Source: a virus. From it: 64,000 nucleotides of DNA. The stretch covers positions 14,720-78,719 of the IMG/VR virus record IMGVR_UViG_3300035661_000045. The stretch is one strand, 5' to 3'. Below, piece by piece: positions 36,506 to 47,041 of the stretch. Below the pieces are notes generated by a model, which was not told the DNA's origin, made no database searches, and saw nothing but the letters and a program-made list of their open reading frames with translations. Position numbers and translations under genes: made by a program. Every line of letters starts with the position of its first letter. The stretch's first letter is position 1.

Positions 36506-37521
36506 TACAATTTTAATATTATTGGATTACATCCGTTATTTTCATACGACTTTCTTGAATAATCAAATTTACCATTTTGTAGATGCCAATTAGCTGAATT
36601 TAAAAGTCCACGCCAATTACATCCATAATTTTCAATAGTAAATTTAATTGTATCATTTTCATTCATTTCCCAAATTAATGGATATAAATCATTTTTGTTT
36701 ATTACCAAAAATTGAAATGGAAGTATTTTAAAGTTTTTAAAATAATCATCTTCTGATATAATTTTATTTAATCCAGCAGAATAGGAGCTACCCTGAATCC
36801 AGTACGCCCAATCTAAAAATGATTTTTCAAATAGCTCAGAACTTTTTCCTGATGTTTTTAAATCTATTGGAAGAATAGTTCTTTTTTTATGATTAACTTT
36901 ACAGATATCCATCATGAAGCGAAATGGAATATTATCAATTTTAGTTTTAAACTTCAATTGATAGAATATCTCTTCATCTTCATCACATTCAAATATTTTA
37001 TAAGTGAATGGATGTGTTTTTAGTGTTTGCACACATTGAATTGCTTCATTAAATTCTTTTGGAGAAATAACTATTTTTCCAGTAGAATATTTTAAAACTG
37101 TGTAATAATCTGAACCTAATTCAATCAACTTTTTAACACGAGTTTCAGATTTCCAATTAGTTTGATATTCAAATTTATCAATAATTTCAAGCAATTCATT
37201 ATCTGTAATATCTAAAAATTCATTTGAAAAAGCTCCATGAACGAAATAAATTTCTTCAACAATCTTTCTTATCGTATCACTAAACTTATCAATATCTGCT
37301 ACATAGAACCTATCATCAAATTCTTCTGGTGCAGTAAGTAAACAATCTACTGTTGATCCAGCACGGAGAGCTGGTGTGTCTATTTTTTCATTAGATATTA
37401 ATGCTTTTGGACCATTTTTGAAAAATTGCGATAACTTGCTATAACTTAATGAATTGTCTGCGCGGTAAGTTTGTTCATCTACTAACCATGATATATCTTT
37501 TAATGATTTATGCATTTGCAT
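36505..37521 (-). CDS. PD-(D/E)xK exonuclease (RecE/DUF3799-like)
   Basis: LSYSKL, GSTVDCLL, MMDI, IDLKTSG, YWIQGSSY. Confidence 0.85.
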   Translation of the reverse strand: MQMHKSLKDISWLVDEQTYRADNSLSYSKLSQFFKNGPKALISNEKIDTPALRAGSTVDCLLTAPEEFDDRFYVADIDKFSDTIRKIVEEIYFVHGAFSNEFLDITDNELLEIIDKFEYQTNWKSETRVKKLIELGSDYYTVLKYSTGKIVISPKEFNEAIQCVQTLKTHPFTYKIFECDEDEEIFYQLKFKTKIDNIPFRFMMDICKVNHKKRTILPIDLKTSGKSSELFEKSFLDWAYWIQGSSYSAGLNKIISEDDYFKNFKILPFQFLVINKNDLYPLIWEMNENDTIKFTIENYGCNWRGLLNSANWHLQNGKFDYSRKSYENNGCNPIILKL

Positions 37522-37867
37522 ATTTTTCTGATAAGTTATTAATTAATTCATCTAAATTATCATATTCTATTGTTCCAATAACAATGTCATTTATAATGTC
37601 AACATTATCATAACCAAAATTTGGCGGCGATATTAATTTATCTTTAAAGTAATCATTTTTTATTTTAGATATAATTTGATTAACTTGATAATCTACTCCA
37701 TAATTAGCTAATAAAGCTTTTAGTTTAATGCATTCTGTATTTAGATTTTCAAAATCAGTATATTCAATTGAATTTCTAATAGCATTATTGTGCTGACTGA
37801 TTGGATCAACTACATTTTTTTTAATCTTAGAAGCAATGGCTTCAATTTGTTGTTTATTTAATTTCAT
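37508..37867 (-). CDS. Hypothetical protein
   Basis: 119-aa ORF in operon. Confidence 0.7.
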   Translation of the reverse strand: MKLNKQQIEAIASKIKKNVVDPISQHNNAIRNSIEYTDFENLNTECIKLKALLANYGVDYQVNQIISKIKNDYFKDKLISPPNFGYDNVDIINDIVIGTIEYDNLDELINNLSEKYANA

Positions 37868-37869
37868 AT

Positions 37870-38136
37870 TTATTCCTCCTCATAATTTAAACATTTATCC
37901 ATATATGTATCACTTATATCTAAGCCAATTAATAAATAACTTATTTCTTGTAATTTACAATATCTTTCAGTCATATTTTCTGGTTCACATAATCTATATT
38001 CTTTAATCGTTTCAGATCTTATTATATCTGAAATACTATCAAAATCATGATCTTTAATGAATTTTAAAATTAGATTATAATCTTTATCATTTAAGACTGA
38101 TTTTGACAGTAGTTTTAGTTTATCAATTTGCTTCAT
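37870..38136 (-). CDS. Hypothetical protein
   Basis: 88-aa ORF in operon. Confidence 0.65.
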   Translation of the reverse strand: MKQIDKLKLLSKSVLNDKDYNLILKFIKDHDFDSISDIIRSETIKEYRLCEPENMTERYCKLQEISYLLIGLDISDTYMDKCLNYEEE

Positions 38137-38314
38137 TTGTTTCTTTTAAGTCATTTATAAAATCATCAATATCGAATAATAAGTCATCAATCTTATCTAT
38201 TTCTGAAAATAAATCAATTTCTTTTGCTCCACGAATTACTTCATCACAAATTTTCTTCATATTAAAAATTCTAGATTCTATTTCTTTAATTGCATTTAAT
38301 TTTTTATTTGACAT
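38123..38314 (-). CDS. Small helical hypothetical protein
   Basis: 63-aa ORF in operon. Confidence 0.6.
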   Translation of the reverse strand: MSNKKLNAIKEIESRIFNMKKICDEVIRGAKEIDLFSEIDKIDDLLFDIDDFINDLKETNEAN

Positions 38315-38316
38315 CT

Positions 38317-38775
38317 TTATTCTAAGTTTTTAATAAATTCAATACATTCCAATGCTTGTCGTTGTGTGTGAGCTTCAAGATAAACTGGCTTATACCATCT
38401 ATCAACCCATTGATTTTCAAAATAATGAATGAATAGTTTCCTCTTACTAACCCAGTCAAAATTTCCATAACCTTTATTTTCAATGACAATAAAGTAGTTC
38501 TTCCAATATAATGTAAAATCTGGCTTATAAGTTTTCTTCTGTATCTTAAATCGTTGTTTTAAACTTTTTGTATCAGCTCCAGAATCATTAGGGTGTATTA
38601 TTATTGATTTCTCAATTAATAACGCAGGGAGAATCTCAAAGACCTCCACTGCGTATTTAAATTCAATACCTAATAACTTTAATTGCTTATATGTAAAAAC
38701 TTCTAATGCACTATCAAATTTTATCCCATCATACTCAACCTTCTTGACATTTTTAACTTTTACATTTTCAGCCAT
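38317..38775 (-). CDS. PD-(D/E)xK endonuclease (DUF1064/resolvase-like)
   Basis: YDGIKFDSALE, YKPDF, IENKG. Confidence 0.8.
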   Translation of the reverse strand: MAENVKVKNVKKVEYDGIKFDSALEVFTYKQLKLLGIEFKYAVEVFEILPALLIEKSIIIHPNDSGADTKSLKQRFKIQKKTYKPDFTLYWKNYFIVIENKGYGNFDWVSKRKLFIHYFENQWVDRWYKPVYLEAHTQRQALECIEFIKNLE

Positions 38776-40181
38776 TAGTTTACTGGTGTTTTAAATGACA
38801 TTTCTTTATCATCCATTAAATCAAAATATCCATAAACATCACCATATTTATTTTGACACATTTTATTATAATCTTTACGAATTTTAATATAGTCAATCAA
38901 TATTTTAGACGTTTCTTCTGAATATGAAAATTCAATTACATCTTTTAATGTAATATTATTTGATGGAGTACCATTTTCTGCATAATTTAAAATAGCCATA
39001 CAAATATATAACCAATTCACAAGTTTATCAATATTAGTTGATGCGTTATGAATTCTAAATTCTACAGTTTTAATGTTACTTCCAAATAACATGTTAATGA
39101 AATTAACAAAATAATATCGAGAATGTACTTCCCATTTTCTATCACGTCTTGGATCATTAGGATGAGGTCTTGTTAAACTTCCATCCCAATCAGCATTTCC
39201 ATTAGCTAAAAAATTGTATAAAAATTCCATAGAGTTCATTTTCTGTGGAAGTCTCTTACAATAATCCTTACCATTAGATTTATATTTACTTGTACTGTAA
39301 ACGTAATATGGAAATAATTCTCCAATTTCTTCTTGCAAAGAATAACACAGATTATATAAAGTAAGAATTTTGTCTTCCTCTACTGGGAATCCTCCTAAAT
39401 GCAAATGAACAGAACAATCTCTATTAATGGAGCAGCTCTCATTTAATTCTTTCATTTGATTTGCTAATAAATTAATTCCATTAATACCCTTCATTGGAAT
39501 AGTAGTATATTCATGACCACTAATAGAACCATCTCTTAATGGAATTAAACCTAATTGCTTACATTTGTATTCTGGTATAATACCAGAAGCTGTTTCAATT
39601 TCAAATCCAAAAGAATATTTGTCAATTACTTCATCATATCCATTCGTCTTAATTAATTGTTTAGTATATTTAGAATTATCAACTTTAGAAAACCTTTCAA
39701 TAAGATTCTCAGAGTTATATAATCTTTCAAATGAATATACATAAGCATTACCACGTTTATCTTTAGCTTTATCAAAATTTATTGAATAAGCATATTTATA
39801 ATCAAAGAAAGCTCCATCTTGTTCACTAAATATCTTGGGAATACTATCAAATAATTCTTTACTGCAAACTATATATCGTCCATATTGAGTAGTTATACTG
39901 TAGTCACATTCAAAATCTTTTTCAAACTTTCCATAATTATAGTTTGAATTTTCCTTATTATATCCTATAATTCCATCTATTACATTAGGGTTTAATTTTC
40001 TCCATTCTTTTTTTAGATCATCAAAATAAATACGTGGATTTCCTTTACGAAACCAACGACCTTCGATATTAAAACAATCAATATTCTTTTCGTAATATTC
40101 TCCATTTATGGAAATACAGTTTTTTTTATTAACTGTATTCCCAAATATTGTTGTTACCTTTATTTCATTAATGTTTCGCAT
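38775..40181 (-). CDS. Amidoligase (COOH-NH2 ligase fold)
   Basis: FGFEIET, RDGSI..HEY, CSVHLH, RYYFVN, TVEFRIH. Confidence 0.85.
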   Translation of the reverse strand: MRNINEIKVTTIFGNTVNKKNCISINGEYYEKNIDCFNIEGRWFRKGNPRIYFDDLKKEWRKLNPNVIDGIIGYNKENSNYNYGKFEKDFECDYSITTQYGRYIVCSKELFDSIPKIFSEQDGAFFDYKYAYSINFDKAKDKRGNAYVYSFERLYNSENLIERFSKVDNSKYTKQLIKTNGYDEVIDKYSFGFEIETASGIIPEYKCKQLGLIPLRDGSISGHEYTTIPMKGINGINLLANQMKELNESCSINRDCSVHLHLGGFPVEEDKILTLYNLCYSLQEEIGELFPYYVYSTSKYKSNGKDYCKRLPQKMNSMEFLYNFLANGNADWDGSLTRPHPNDPRRDRKWEVHSRYYFVNFINMLFGSNIKTVEFRIHNASTNIDKLVNWLYICMAILNYAENGTPSNNITLKDVIEFSYSEETSKILIDYIKIRKDYNKMCQNKYGDVYGYFDLMDDKEMSFKTPVN

Positions 40182-41757
40182 AAATACTTTTTAAATTTCT
40201 TTTAATCATCTTTTTAACTTCATTCTTTGATATTTTGCCAGATAATATTTGATTATCTAATGCTTGTTTTTCAGTTGGCATATAATAATATGAACATGCA
40301 TTACTATATTCATAATGCCAAGTTATACTTCCATTTTTAACAATATATCTATCTCTTTTAAAATTAAAGAAAGGTTCAAACCAACCATTAAATAATTCTG
40401 TATCCATAAGTTCTTTATTATATGTATAAAAATCTATAAAAACTACTTCTGGTAATTCATAAGATATATATGGTACTGGTGTTGGTGAATAAGCAGCTAA
40501 ATACATTTCTATACAATCATCATCTTCTGCAAAATTTTGACTCACGAATTGAGTTGCACATAAATAATCAAAATAACTTGCCATAAGTACTCCATATACA
40601 AAATAATACATATTTTTAGCTACCGTTGTAATATTTACAAATCCCGCAGGAGTAGCTTCTATTGGTCCATTGCATGGAGTTCCATTAATATAATATAGTC
40701 CATCTGTATTGAAATATATTTTATCTTTATATTGATGTAATGGTTTTAAAATACAATCGGTAGCTCCATTTTCCAATATATTAGCATTATATTCACTTCT
40801 TTCACTATATCTATTATAATTATTATTTTGACCCCATATGTCTTCATAGTTATCATAATGATGATAATTTCTTACATCATTTTTAGCTCTATCAGCCTTT
40901 TGCTTTTCCCAATTAACCTGAAGTTTGTCCGCCTGCTTTCTTTTAGATCTATCAATATAATCTTCAGCTATTACTTTGCCGTTTTTAATTGTCAATAAGG
41001 TATTGCTAATAATATTCTCAACCTTTGCATCGCTTTCATTTATAAACTCAAGAGATTCTTCCATAGATGAAAACCAGAATGAATTATTTTCTTTAATATA
41101 AAATAATGGTCTTTCAATATAAACTGTATCATCGTTTTCATAATACATTGAAGCTCCTCTAAATACTTTAATAGTATCATTTCCATCTCTTCCATCCCAA
41201 AATACAAATGCTCCAGCACCATCATATTCTGATAATACTTCATATCCAGCCTTATATACTGTTTTGCAAAATATCTGAGAATCAGTTTCTGTGAATGCGA
41301 AATCTACATTATATTTATTTGCAAGTTCTTTGTAGTTTACTAAAGTTCCATTATGAATCATTGCAAAAACAACCTTGTTATTTGCATTCCTGATAATCAC
41401 TGGTTGAGCAGTTTCCAAACTAATCCCACCCACTGACGCTTTACGGCAATGCAATAATGCGAAATCTGGTGATTCAAGATCTACATCTTTTAATCCACCA
41501 AGTTCTACAAAATTTTTATAAAGTTTTGTTTTATCATGTCCATAACGTACTGATTTATTATCATCTTTACCTACAAATATGCCACAAGAATCTCCTCCTC
41601 GCGAATCATTATATAATCCAAGAATATTGAATTTTTGTTTATTAAAATTATTTCCTATGTAACCTGCAATTCCACAATAGAGCGAATTCATTTTGGGTTT
41701 AAATATATACAGTCCAATATAATGCAGTAATAGTAGAATTAGTGTTAGATTTACCAT
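40168..41757 (-). CDS. Class II (Ntn) glutamine amidotransferase
   Basis: CGIAG, RGGDSCG, HCRKAS, AQP, HNGTL, TDSQ, GAGAFVF. Confidence 0.9.
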   Translation of the reverse strand: MVNLTLILLLLHYIGLYIFKPKMNSLYCGIAGYIGNNFNKQKFNILGLYNDSRGGDSCGIFVGKDDNKSVRYGHDKTKLYKNFVELGGLKDVDLESPDFALLHCRKASVGGISLETAQPVIIRNANNKVVFAMIHNGTLVNYKELANKYNVDFAFTETDSQIFCKTVYKAGYEVLSEYDGAGAFVFWDGRDGNDTIKVFRGASMYYENDDTVYIERPLFYIKENNSFWFSSMEESLEFINESDAKVENIISNTLLTIKNGKVIAEDYIDRSKRKQADKLQVNWEKQKADRAKNDVRNYHHYDNYEDIWGQNNNYNRYSERSEYNANILENGATDCILKPLHQYKDKIYFNTDGLYYINGTPCNGPIEATPAGFVNITTVAKNMYYFVYGVLMASYFDYLCATQFVSQNFAEDDDCIEMYLAAYSPTPVPYISYELPEVVFIDFYTYNKELMDTELFNGWFEPFFNFKRDRYIVKNGSITWHYEYSNACSYYYMPTEKQALDNQILSGKISKNEVKKMIKRNLKSIYAKH

Positions 41758-42096
41758 TTATTTTGTTTTTAGTCGTTTAAATTGTTTGTAAAGATAGTCA
41801 ATTGGATGTAATTTCTCATTTGAAATATCCCAAAATGCATTATACATTAACATTAATTCTTCTGAAGTCTTATGATTTAATAATGAATTAATTTTAATCC
41901 ATAATTTTGTCATGCAAAATTCAAACCAATGAATATGAAATAGACCTATTGGTTCTTGCTCAAATTCTATAAATACTTGAGTTCCACTGTAATTTTCATT
42001 AATATCCAAATCAATTCGCATATATAATGGAAATAATTCTCTACACATTTCCAATAATTTTAATTTATGCGAATTTGTTAATTCTATTGGATTCAT
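41758..42096 (-). CDS. Hypothetical protein
   Basis: 112 aa; KLLEMC..LFP, IHWFEFC, HPIDYLY. Confidence 0.75.
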   Translation of the reverse strand: MNPIELTNSHKLKLLEMCRELFPLYMRIDLDINENYSGTQVFIEFEQEPIGLFHIHWFEFCMTKLWIKINSLLNHKTSEELMLMYNAFWDISNEKLHPIDYLYKQFKRLKTK

Positions 42097-42097
42097 A

Positions 42098-42910
42098 TTA
42101 ATAGTTTAAATTTATTTTATATTTTGTAACAATTTTTTTAGCTTCATCAACATTTCCTGAATTGATAGTTTCAATAATCCAATCTTTATCATTATTGATT
42201 TCTTCAATACCAAATTCATTTAAATAATTAATAGCTTCAAAAGCTTGTCCAAATATATATTCAGTTATTTTCGGATTGCTTAAAAAGAATCCACTTAACA
42301 CTCGATATTCAGCACCAAAAATAGTATGACGAAAGCAACCAGCTTTACCATATAAACTACGACGTTTAGTATCTGTATCAATTATTATTGATGGGATTCC
42401 AGCAAATACATCCATAGCTTTTATCAAATCACGAGAACGTTTAGCTGTTTTATTGTCATATCCAAGATGAACGTGTACTCCACAGCTTCTGAGTGTGGTT
42501 GTAGCTCCCTCTGGCTTTTGATTAACACTATTTGTCCATGCATTATAATCAGGACTACAACCAAATTCTTTAGCTTCATCTGAAGTTAATTGATCTTCAT
42601 CATAAACTCCTGAAGCTGCATATACTGGATGTAAACTCTGACTTTCTAATAATCCACTAATATAAGCTTTCATTATTGAAATATTATTAGTGATTTCTTT
42701 TGCTGAATAAGCATAAGGTACATTGAATTCGCCAAGAACATTATCCTTTTGAATTGCAAATCCTACTCCTAGAAATTTTAATTTATTAGGAATATCTTTA
42801 GTTCCTTCAATAATTCCTATTGAAGAAATTAATTTACCATCATTGTTTTGTATGAAAAACTCTGGATCAGTTCCAATTGTAATGTTTTTGTATTGAAAAT
42901 TTTCTTGCAT
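42098..42910 (-). CDS. phiEco32-like COOH-NH2 ligase type 2
   Basis: IGTDPEFF, QKDNVLGEFN, FGCSPD, RSCGVHVHLG, RRSLYGKAG, EYRVLS. Confidence 0.9.
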   Translation of the reverse strand: MQENFQYKNITIGTDPEFFIQNNDGKLISSIGIIEGTKDIPNKLKFLGVGFAIQKDNVLGEFNVPYAYSAKEITNNISIMKAYISGLLESQSLHPVYAASGVYDEDQLTSDEAKEFGCSPDYNAWTNSVNQKPEGATTTLRSCGVHVHLGYDNKTAKRSRDLIKAMDVFAGIPSIIIDTDTKRRSLYGKAGCFRHTIFGAEYRVLSGFFLSNPKITEYIFGQAFEAINYLNEFGIEEINNDKDWIIETINSGNVDEAKKIVTKYKINLNY

Positions 42911-42951
42911 AATTTAAAATTTTGTTATTGTTGTTTTTATATTTTAATTAA

Positions 42952-44831
42952 TTATCTGATACCCAATAGAAATCTATCAAAATCATTCATTTGTTGATCT
43001 ATTTCTGGATTTTCAGCTTGAGCTTGTTTTTCATTTGGTTCTTCAATATTGTTTAATTGAACTCCACGATTATCCCAATTAATTCGATTATCTATAATAT
43101 TTCCATTTATTCTTTGTCTCAAAATCTCATCGTTAATATTAAGAACTTCAAGCTCTTCTTCAATAATATCTGGAACAATTTCAACAGTATCTTCTAAATA
43201 TTCTTTAATAAGCACATTAATATATTTTACTGCAACAGAATCTTTTGGCATATATTCTGGATGACCCTGAATACATAAACAATTAGTTTTGTTATAATAA
43301 ACTATTTCTGGCTCTATAAAATCGGCTGGAAGTCTTTTTTCTCTATTATCACCATTTAAATAAGTTTTAGATAAGTCATGCATTGATTTAGCTAAAATGC
43401 TATAATCTTTTTTATCTAGCCCAAATGGCCACATCATTTGATGATGAGTAGAAGTAATATCAATATCAACTTCTTCGTTCATTAAATGGATTTTATGTGT
43501 TCCATTTATAGCATGACCAGTTACATGCTGTACTAAACTTCCTCCAGACATTACGGTGAGGAATTGTGCTTTTTGTTATCGTATAGGCTCTTTATCCTAT
43601 ACATCTATAGATTTTTCTTCTCTATAGTTCAGACTATATCATATTTCTATATAATCTATATATTTTAAAAATATTAACTTTTCTAATTCAATTATTTTTT
43701 GTACATTTGTATCAGTTTAAAACAAATACCAATAATATGAAAATTAATGAAAAAGAAATGATTTCTTTATTGAAATCTGGTGAATCAATTCGATCTATAG
43801 CTAGTTATTTTAAGGTCAATCAGAACCAAATATCTTCTTATAGAAGAACAATGAATATTCCATGCTCAAAAGTTTTATTGCAATTGAAAGATTACAATGA
43901 TTTTGAAACCTATTTTACTGAATTATATAATTCAACAAGCAATATAAAATTTATAGTATCTGAACTATCTAAACATCCACTTTTTTGTAAAAAAAAAATG
44001 AGCGGTCAAAGAGTTTCAGAATTAAGAACATTATATGGCTTGAAATGTAAAATGCCAGAAAATGTGTATCTTAATCAATATGACCGCATTAGAGGTTATA
44101 TGATAAGAAATACGAAATTTATGGCTAGTCGTAGAAATATTTATTTTGATTTAAAATATACTGATTTTGAAATACCAGAATACTGTCCAATACTTGGATT
44201 AAAACTAACTTATATGTCAGAGTCAAATGGAAATGATCCATCTCATGCATCTTTAGATAGAATAGATAATAATCTAGGATATATAAAGGGCAATGTATTT
44301 GTTATTTCAAGACTTGCAAATACAATGAAAAATAATGCATCTTTTGATCAAATTGATTTGTTTTGTGTTAATATGAAAAAATTAATAGATTATAAAAGAA
44401 ATCAAGGCGCTCTTGGTAGTATTACTGACGTATTTGGTGATTTCTCACCTAAACTTAGTCTTGACTACTAGTCGTTGCACTTTCAAATCAATTTCTTGAT
44501 AAGCTTAGCTCATGATTGGCATTTCAGCGTTCCATGAATTCACCTTGTTTAAAGAGGGCCACTATATTAACCCTCTGCAAACTCCTAAAATGAGTTTATT
44601 ATATTTTCTTACAATTTTAAAGATATCAAACTCTTTCTTATCACGATTTTCATTGTTTGAAGTATATTTACCTATATCTTCACCATAGTAACCTGGAGAC
44701 ACATCTTCTCCTCCGGTGAATAAAACTATATTAGCATCTTCTATTTTTGAAACAATTTTTATTTCATCTAGGAATAAGCCAGTATAAGATTCATCTCCAC
44801 CAACAATATATACACTTATTTTATTATTCAT
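42952..44831 (-). CDS. Class I glutamine amidotransferase / peptidase C26, 292 aa, spliced (exons 44831-44570 and 43568-42952)
   Basis: Exon 1 FTGGEDVSP..YG, GVCRG; splicing restores GVCRGSQFLTVMSGG; exon 2 STHHQ, IQGHPE; 262+617 nt is in frame. Confidence 0.9.
43702..43709 (+). promoter_or_regulatory. Bacteroidota -7 element for the intron endonuclease
   Basis: TACATTTG (TAnnTTTG) ends 27 nt upstream of ATG43737; -33 box imperfect. Confidence 0.5.
43737..44471 (+). CDS. HNH-type homing endonuclease, antisense within the intron, 244 aa
   Basis: N-terminal HTH-like segment; YCPILG, ASLDRIDNNLGYIKGNV.VIS..AN.MK. Confidence 0.85.
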   Translation: MKINEKEMISLLKSGESIRSIASYFKVNQNQISSYRRTMNIPCSKVLLQLKDYNDFETYFTELYNSTSNIKFIVSELSKHPLFCKKKMSGQRVSELRTLYGLKCKMPENVYLNQYDRIRGYMIRNTKFMASRRNIYFDLKYTDFEIPEYCPILGLKLTYMSESNGNDPSHASLDRIDNNLGYIKGNVFVISRLANTMKNNASFDQIDLFCVNMKKLIDYKRNQGALGSITDVFGDFSPKLSLDY

Positions 44832-45630
44832 AATTTCTTTTAATAATTTTATAGTTTTTAATGAAAATGTCTTTTATCTCATCAGATATGTAATTATTTT
44901 CAAGACAATCAAATATAGACTTTTCATCATCTTCATCGTTATTACTTCTATCATGTCCATCCATATAAATTCTATTAAATTCACAGTCTTTACGCTTATA
45001 CATAAAATACTCAACATTTCTTTCAGATTTTTTAGCTTTTAGATATCTTTTTCTAATGGATTTATTATCATACAAGTCAGTTCCTTGACCAGTAAATATT
45101 GAATGTCCAGTATTATATCCAGAAATAGAATTTACAGATATACAAAATCTTTGAGTATAATCCAAATGTTGAAATTCTTCATTATTTTTCATTAATAATG
45201 CGGATTTAATCATTACATTATATGGAAATTCATAAAGATTTCTTATTAATGCAGCAATTAATTTAATTTCATATGGATATTTCTTAGTATATTTTACACT
45301 TAAAATTTTGTAATTTAAATCTTCAATATGATCGTCTATTTGAATTTTATTGGAAACTTTTAAATTAAATCCTGTAGTTTTTTTAATCCACAAAAGATAT
45401 TCTTTAAGCTCTTCATCATTTAATAAGCAATAATTATCATACATTTGACTATTTAATTCTTTGCTGAAATAAATTTTTACACCTAATTTTCCATAATTAT
45501 CTGGTAAATTTAATAAATAATTTGTTTTTCCATATAATTCAGCAAAGCATATATAGTTTTTAAAAGTTAATTCATTTGAATTTATTGAATAATAATAATT
45601 TGTTGTATAATTTAAGCAATTAGTTACCAT
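44824..45630 (-). CDS. Hypothetical protein of the amidoligase cluster
   Basis: 268-aa ORF overlapping both neighbours. Confidence 0.75.
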   Translation of the reverse strand: MVTNCLNYTTNYYYSINSNELTFKNYICFAELYGKTNYLLNLPDNYGKLGVKIYFSKELNSQMYDNYCLLNDEELKEYLLWIKKTTGFNLKVSNKIQIDDHIEDLNYKILSVKYTKKYPYEIKLIAALIRNLYEFPYNVMIKSALLMKNNEEFQHLDYTQRFCISVNSISGYNTGHSIFTGQGTDLYDNKSIRKRYLKAKKSERNVEYFMYKRKDCEFNRIYMDGHDRSNNDEDDEKSIFDCLENNYISDEIKDIFIKNYKIIKRNYE

Positions 45631-46465
45631 TTACCATTTTTTTTAGTTGTTCTTCATACTTTATAAGTGTCTGACTTCCAAGTGCTGCCGCTGAATTTAT
45701 TTCAAGAATGATAAATTCTGGATTACCATTTCTATTATGATTTTTCTCAGATTGAACTTTTACATCACAAGCTCCAATGTCTAATCCAACAGCATTTAAT
45801 GCTTTTATACATTCTTCAACTATTAAATCCCAATTACTTGGTTTTTCAAATAAAGGATTTTCTTCCATTATCCATACTGAATTCATATCATGTCGATGCC
45901 AACGTTCTTCAGCATCTTCTTTAAGCATTTTACGGCAAGTATAAAAGCAACCATCTTTTGTTACATGAAGACGATATTCTTTAGAATAATTATAATATTT
46001 TTCAATAATATAATTATGTAGTGAATTTTGATGTCTTTCTATAAACTCCAAAAACTGATCTTTATTTTCCATATAATAAATTCCATTGCCTTTACAGGAG
46101 TTTTTGTGTTTTATGATTAATGGAAATTCTAAAATATTTCTATCTATCATATTAATTAAATCCTCATAATCACAACTATCTACCCATTGTGGACTAGTAA
46201 AAAATCCATCTTTATATGTAAACCAAGTTGCTGATTTTACTTTATCTTTTGTAAATAACTCTTTCATTAAAATCTTATCACCACTATTGTGACAAGCTTC
46301 TGCTGTATTAATCTCAATGATTGGCTTATTTAGAGCTGCACCACGTGGAAATATTTCTTCAGTAGGCGTTAGACTACCTAATCTAAATACAGTTCTCGTA
46401 TTAACTTTTATTAAGTTTTTAAGAGGTTGAGCTGTATGATTTTTAGTTCTTATTTTTAAAAACAT
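45620..46465 (-). CDS. ATP-grasp ligase
   Basis: DKILMK, FPLIIK, KGNGIY, IEKYY...EYRLHV, GLDIGACD, ILEINSA. Confidence 0.9.
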   Translation of the reverse strand: MFLKIRTKNHTAQPLKNLIKVNTRTVFRLGSLTPTEEIFPRGAALNKPIIEINTAEACHNSGDKILMKELFTKDKVKSATWFTYKDGFFTSPQWVDSCDYEDLINMIDRNILEFPLIIKHKNSCKGNGIYYMENKDQFLEFIERHQNSLHNYIIEKYYNYSKEYRLHVTKDGCFYTCRKMLKEDAEERWHRHDMNSVWIMEENPLFEKPSNWDLIVEECIKALNAVGLDIGACDVKVQSEKNHNRNGNPEFIILEINSAAALGSQTLIKYEEQLKKMVNGN

Positions 46466-46466
46466 A

Positions 46467-47030
46467 TTATTTATTTTTTAATTGTGATAAATAAGCGTTT
46501 GCTAATTCTGTAATTTTACTAATAGTAACACCATCTCCTTTAAATTTTTCTTTGTCACTTTGCCTGAACCAATCATAATCTGATACATTATCACCTTCTG
46601 TTAATTTTATGAATTTATCTTTTACTAAAATCCATTTTTTATCAATATTTCCGCTATAATTAGGATGACTTTTGATTACTATTTTATGAACTGTAGGACA
46701 ATAAAGTATGTGCATTTTTTTTTTATGATCTAATTGATACATACACAAAATATATGCAAACTTATCAATTTTTAATCTTGGAAATTTAGCTCTAAGAATG
46801 GCATATAAATCAGTAAAACTTCTATTTCTTTCAGAAGAGCATTGTTCTCTTCCATCTTTAAAATAAGTAGCTTCATTTATTGGATGTCGATTATCTAAGT
46901 ATTTTTCAAGATATTTTTCTGGAGTTTTAATATTTTCATAACCTTTAATAATAGCAATTTTATCTAAATCAATAAGTTCTTTATCATTAGCTTTTGGAAA
47001 TTCTTTTTTAATTATTTGTATAGTATTCAT
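46467..47030 (-). CDS. Hypothetical protein, paralogue A
   Basis: Shares YLEKY, Y.KD...QC...RNRSF.DL, A.F, C..V.KIV with 47427-47888. Confidence 0.75.
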   Translation of the reverse strand: MNTIQIIKKEFPKANDKELIDLDKIAIIKGYENIKTPEKYLEKYLDNRHPINEATYFKDGREQCSSERNRSFTDLYAILRAKFPRLKIDKFAYILCMYQLDHKKKMHILYCPTVHKIVIKSHPNYSGNIDKKWILVKDKFIKLTEGDNVSDYDWFRQSDKEKFKGDGVTISKITELANAYLSQLKNK

Positions 47031-47041
47031 TTGTTATTATT

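Larger units (their letters stand above)
43569..44569 (-). mobile_element. Group I self-splicing intron, 1001 nt
   Basis: P1: exon AGAGGGU pairs with IGS GCCCUCU, giving a U.G pair at the splice site; R element GUGCAACGACUAG; S element GAUAUAGUCU; terminal G at 43569. Confidence 0.9.
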
